DNA from: Candidatus Poribacteria bacterium | Lineage (GTDB): Bacteria > Poribacteria > WGA-4E > WGA-3G | Length of the DNA stretch: 64,000 nt | NCBI GenBank assembly: GCA_965198235.1 | Contig: OZ240248.1 | Location: 192,001 to 256,000 of the forward strand | Reading direction: 5' to 3' | Shown here: positions 59,949-64,000 of the stretch, piece after piece | Layout of the letters: each line of letters begins with the position of its first letter | How positions within the stretch are numbered: position 1 is the first letter of the stretch | Program-made: the position numbers and the translations under genes | Notes under the pieces: generated by a model | Seen by the model: the letters and a program-made list of their open reading frames with translations, nothing else | What the model was told of the DNA's origin: nothing | Database searches by the model: none

Positions 59949-60773
59949 ATGAGACATGTATTTCTCCAACTTTTATTATTCGTTCTGATACTTATCACAG
60001 CAGGATACACTACAGCGGATCTCACTAAAGGGCTTGTTGTTTACTTCACGTTCGACAACGTCAAAGGCGAACGGATTCTCGATGAGTCCGGCAATGGGCT
60101 TGATGCCGAAGTTGTCAAAAACACCAAATTTGTCAAGGGCAAATACGGAAATGCTATCTCTATCACTACCGAGACCGAAGATTGTGTGAATATCCCATCC
60201 GCAGATGCTCTGGAAATCAGTGAGGAGATCACGATGATGGCATGGGTATATCACGAGGATTGGACGGGAAGTTCTTCCCAGTGGCTTGATAAAGGGACTC
60301 GTGGCAAAGCCCCCCATAGTGTATACGGTATGGCAGTCTTTGATGAGAAGGATCTTGGTGGTGCTGGAGGGCTCAAGGATGGCTCCGGTATTGAAATTGT
60401 ATTAGGGACAGGTGAAGTCCAGCAAATCCAGATAGTTGAGAATACAATGAAAAATAAAAAGTGGCATCACATTGTGGGTGTCTGTGAGCGTAGAGGTGTG
60501 AAAATCTATCTTGACGGAGAAATTATACTCCAACCTATAGACAGATTTAACATTAATTTCAAGGGCGTAAATGAAGAGGATTTGCGGATTGGCTGCGTGA
60601 AAAATAAGCCACAGTACGCGTTTGAAGATGGCTCCATCGATGAAGTCGCGATATGGTCTCGTGCCCTCAGTGAAGATGAAATCAGAAGGACAATGCGAGG
60701 CCCCTTGCTCTCGGTTTCTCCGAAGGATAAGGTCGCTACGACGTGGGGCAATATTAAGCGGAAGGCGTTTTAG
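59949..60773 (+). CDS. Secreted LamG-like protein with TTWG tail
   Basis: YFTFD, GSIDEVAIWSRALS, KDKVATTWG; RBS GGAGG. Confidence 0.85.
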   Translation: MRHVFLQLLLFVLILITAGYTTADLTKGLVVYFTFDNVKGERILDESGNGLDAEVVKNTKFVKGKYGNAISITTETEDCVNIPSADALEISEEITMMAWVYHEDWTGSSSQWLDKGTRGKAPHSVYGMAVFDEKDLGGAGGLKDGSGIEIVLGTGEVQQIQIVENTMKNKKWHHIVGVCERRGVKIYLDGEIILQPIDRFNINFKGVNEEDLRIGCVKNKPQYAFEDGSIDEVAIWSRALSEDEIRRTMRGPLLSVSPKDKVATTWGNIKRKAF

Positions 60774-60822
60774 TTGTCTGAATCGCGGATTGACACGGAT
60801 TTCGTAGATTTCGCGGATTAAA

Positions 60823-60964
60823 TGACTTCGCTATAGTCTTCAGTGAGAGTGATATAAATGTCTCCAAGTGCGTCTCTGGTAACGTGAACTTGATTCATAG
60901 CACCTTGTATCTCACGGTGCAAGGCAAAACGATACCAATGTCCATTCAAACGGATTTTATACGT
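60823..60964 (-). pseudogene. Internal tnpB fragment (~140 bp)
   Basis: TYKIRLNGHWYRFALHREIQG...RDALGDIYITLTEDYSEV matches both TnpB copies. Confidence 0.85.
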
Positions 60965-61217
60965 TTGGACGTTTCCACAGCGTTGTTCAATTAATTTCCT
61001 CACCCGGGGTCCCCACCCGTTACTCGGAAGGAGGACGGGGTGATATTGCTTCGCAGTGAGAATAGAGACGGTGTATTCAAGCAACTGCCAGCCGAAGAAA
61101 ATGCTATGTCTATAAATAGGTGGCAACTTGCGTAATAATAATAGAAGTAGAGTTTCACCATGTTACGAGGAATGTTCAAGACGACTCAACCTATTCATTA
61201 AATCATGGAGAATCCTG

Positions 61218-64000
61218 ATGGAAAAAGATGATGTTCAACTGATTCACAGCACTTTGTCGGGCGACGACGCGGCGTTCAGCACCTTGGTTCAGAAATACCA
61301 AAAAAGCGTTCATGCTTTGGTGTGGCGGAAGATTGGCGATTTCCACCACGCTGAAGAAATTACGCAAGACACCTTCCTCCGAGCATACAAGAAACTCTCA
61401 ACACTCAAGGATCCAAACCAGTTTGCCGGGTGGCTCTATGTCATCGCAAATCGGCTTTGCATTAACTGGATGCGAAAGAAAAAACCTGTAGTGCAATCAT
61501 TAGAGGGCACATCCGCGGGAGAAATAGAAAAATACTCCTATATCCATTACGTGTCGGAGCATCGCGAGACAGAAGCCGCAGAACGTCGCCGTGAAATCGT
61601 CAAAGAACTTCTCGCCAGGCTGCCAGAGAGCGAACGCACGGTCGTCACGCTCTACTACCTCGGCGAAATGAACGCGAAGGAAATTGGTAAATTCCTGGGT
61701 GTGTCCGTGAAGACGATTCACAGTCGACTGCACCGGGCACGAAAACGTTTACAAGAGAAAGAAGAACTCTTGGTTCAAGAGGTACTTGGGGGTGTCCAAT
61801 TACCCACGCACTTAATCGAGAACGTCATGCAGCAAGTCGCTGACCTGAAACCAATACCACCTCCTGTTGGGAAACCGCTGCTCCCGTGGGCGGCTTTTGG
61901 CGCGGCTACCGTCTTGGTTATACTGCTGCTGGGCATGAGCAATCAATATCTTGCCCGTTTTCAGAAGCCGTACAGTTTAGAGGCACAATCTGAGCCCACG
62001 ATTGAGATCATTGACGCGCCTGTTATGTTCAATGTTGATTCAAAGCCTGCTGTACGGAGTCAGGTCGGGCGTGCCGTTATTCCGGGCGAAAGCAGGGGTA
62101 TCAGTCAACAAATTACCCAGACGGTTTTAGCATCCAATACACTGAAAGATTCCACTAAGTTCGATAATTCGCGGTGGGCACGAACGAACGGCCCCGACGG
62201 TGGTAATGTGTTCGATATCTTTGTTGCAGCTGGAAGAACGCTCTACGCTGCTGCGCCGACGGGTATCTATAGACTGGCACCGGACGCAACCACATGGATG
62301 CGCATCAATATGAGTATACCAAGCGGACGGTTCCGGATGCCGATGGCAGAACATGCCGATACCCTCTATATTGTTTCCACCGATGAAATATTCGCTTCAA
62401 CGAATAACGGTGAAACGTGGAAGGTCTTTTGCTCCCGACCAGAGGGACATGCCGTTGGGCTTATCGTCATAAATGAAACAGATGAGCATAACTCACAACC
62501 ACGTCCTGTAATGTATCTCGCCCTTCAAACGAAAGGCGTTTTCCGATCCACAGATGCTGACGGACAGTGGAATCTCTTGGAGAATGGACTCGCAGACGAC
62601 AATGTTTATGCAGCAACTGCGGTTAAAAACACGATATTTGCTGGCACAAACAAGGGGCTTTACCGCCTCAATTCAGATGTGTGGGAGCGATTGCCGGTTC
62701 ATCCGTCCCAACAAGCCATCCTGTCTCTAACCGTTTTTGAAAATAATCTCTATGTTGTAACGGGACCTGAGCCATCAAGATGGAAGTTTAAGTCTCTCGA
62801 ATTAAGCGAAAATATTGCAGTACAGATACACATCACGGACAGTCCAAGTTTAGAGAGGGTTTTCCACTCGATTGACTTGGGAGCATCGTGGACTGAAATA
62901 ACGCACGGAAAAGAGTCTCCTCTTAGGAGTACAGCACTTGGTGCGGTAGTTCTGACGAACACTGGCGAAACGTTTTTACCACAAGGGGTTGTAACGGCAG
63001 ACAAGAATACTTTTTACACGGGCGGTTCATTTGGTATTCATCGCACAACTGATGGAGGCAAATTATGGCACCCATTTATGAATGGAATCATGGAAACGAC
63101 AATACAGGATCTTGTCGCAATTAACGATAGACTTTATGCACGGACCGATAGGGGACTCGTTCAGTCAGTTGACGGGGGTGAGGTGTGGGAAACCGTTGGA
63201 ATTGATTCCGATAAGCACATACTTGAAGGGATGGAAGAAGAGTTTTCGCCGCTTCATTTTTCTCTCGCTTCACAGTTAGAAACTACTGGAGACGTTCTTT
63301 ATGGAATTGCCCCCGGAAAAGACAGTCTACGCCTTTTTCAATTATCTGTAGGTGACAACACACTTGTCCCGGTTCAAAGGGGACCCACTTTTGAACGGGA
63401 ATTCTCGTCTATGGAGTTGGAGGCATGGACAGAAGAGATCAAACAGGGGCGTTTGTCAGATAATAGTGAAGAAAACGAGAACTTTCCAGCAGTAGTAGCG
63501 TCCTTAGTTACCGACTATAGCGGAATTGGCGGGTTCGCAGTCAGTGGACAGACGTTCTACGCCGAATGGAAACACCGGCTCTTCAGGTGGAAACCCGGCG
63601 ACTCGGAATGGATAGACACGGGATTCGTAGACACCGATAGCACGCTTGATTATGAAATTGGTACCAGTTTTGAATTAGCCGCCTCGGAGGAAACCGTCTA
63701 TGTAGGTAAACGGGACGGTAAGTTGTTCCAATCACTTGATGAGGGCAACAGTTGGAAAGATGTCACACCGATCCTTCCGCTTCGCTTTACCCGTTTCAAG
63801 GAAATAATTTTTGCGGGGTCAACGGTTTATGTCGCAACTGATGAAGGTGTCTTGGCTTCACAAAACGGCGAACACTGGCGTGTGCTCACCGATGAAATGG
63901 GTGAGCGTCCCGTCATAGATAGATTCGCTGTCCATCACACCAACGTTTATGGTGCCGGTGATGCGGGGGTCTATCGTTTAGATGACCGTGGAAGATGGCA
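61218..64000 (+). CDS. ECF sigma-TM-propeller paralog, runs off the window end (not in the ORF track)
   Basis: MEKDDVQLIHSTLSGDDAAF...; collinear with the 54327 protein up to the window edge. Confidence 0.85.
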   Translation, partial: MEKDDVQLIHSTLSGDDAAFSTLVQKYQKSVHALVWRKIGDFHHAEEITQDTFLRAYKKLSTLKDPNQFAGWLYVIANRLCINWMRKKKPVVQSLEGTSAGEIEKYSYIHYVSEHRETEAAERRREIVKELLARLPESERTVVTLYYLGEMNAKEIGKFLGVSVKTIHSRLHRARKRLQEKEELLVQEVLGGVQLPTHLIENVMQQVADLKPIPPPVGKPLLPWAAFGAATVLVILLLGMSNQYLARFQKPYSLEAQSEPTIEIIDAPVMFNVDSKPAVRSQVGRAVIPGESRGISQQITQTVLASNTLKDSTKFDNSRWARTNGPDGGNVFDIFVAAGRTLYAAAPTGIYRLAPDATTWMRINMSIPSGRFRMPMAEHADTLYIVSTDEIFASTNNGETWKVFCSRPEGHAVGLIVINETDEHNSQPRPVMYLALQTKGVFRSTDADGQWNLLENGLADDNVYAATAVKNTIFAGTNKGLYRLNSDVWERLPVHPSQQAILSLTVFENNLYVVTGPEPSRWKFKSLELSENIAVQIHITDSPSLERVFHSIDLGASWTEITHGKESPLRSTALGAVVLTNTGETFLPQGVVTADKNTFYTGGSFGIHRTTDGGKLWHPFMNGIMETTIQDLVAINDRLYARTDRGLVQSVDGGEVWETVGIDSDKHILEGMEEEFSPLHFSLASQLETTGDVLYGIAPGKDSLRLFQLSVGDNTLVPVQRGPTFEREFSSMELEAWTEEIKQGRLSDNSEENENFPAVVASLVTDYSGIGGFAVSGQTFYAEWKHRLFRWKPGDSEWIDTGFVDTDSTLDYEIGTSFELAASEETVYVGKRDGKLFQSLDEGNSWKDVTPILPLRFTRFKEIIFAGSTVYVATDEGVLASQNGEHWRVLTDEMGERPVIDRFAVHHTNVYGAGDAGVYRLDDRGRW

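Noticed and set aside
47636-61217. Integron cassette array
   Set aside because: No intI and no attC-like GTTRRRY/RYYYAAC paired sites between genes; the genes carry their own promoters

Overview
Bacterial chromosomal window of about 50% GC by eye. The gene content (several PhyH dioxygenases, LamG proteins ending in KLATTWG, TPR plus CRTAC1/ASPIC, WD40-dockerin proteins, membrane-tethered ECF sigma factors) suggests Candidatus Poribacteria or a relative; this is inference, not a database result. The left part holds the end of the nuo operon (nuoJ-N), tRNA-Gln and tRNA-Glu, a candidate ATPase+nuclease defence pair, hicAB, sugar-catabolic oxidoreductases, nagA, fdhD and an HrpB-like helicase. 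The right part (38-64 kb) is a heavily rearranged accessory zone with two TnpB-only IS200/IS605 elements, IS remnants, truncated genes for secreted proteins and three paralogous ECF sigma-TM-propeller genes. Main signals: (1) a ~20-nt sequence, TGTTTTTG(CTT/ATA)GGGTGTTTCC, inserted at six loci into several unrelated REP-like repeats, sometimes as concatemers; (2) a covarying, pseudoknot-like 5' leader RNA on both tnpB genes; (3) a shared ECF-type promoter motif; (4) a shared C-terminal TTWG tail on unrelated secreted proteins. All annotation was done by eye, without database searches.
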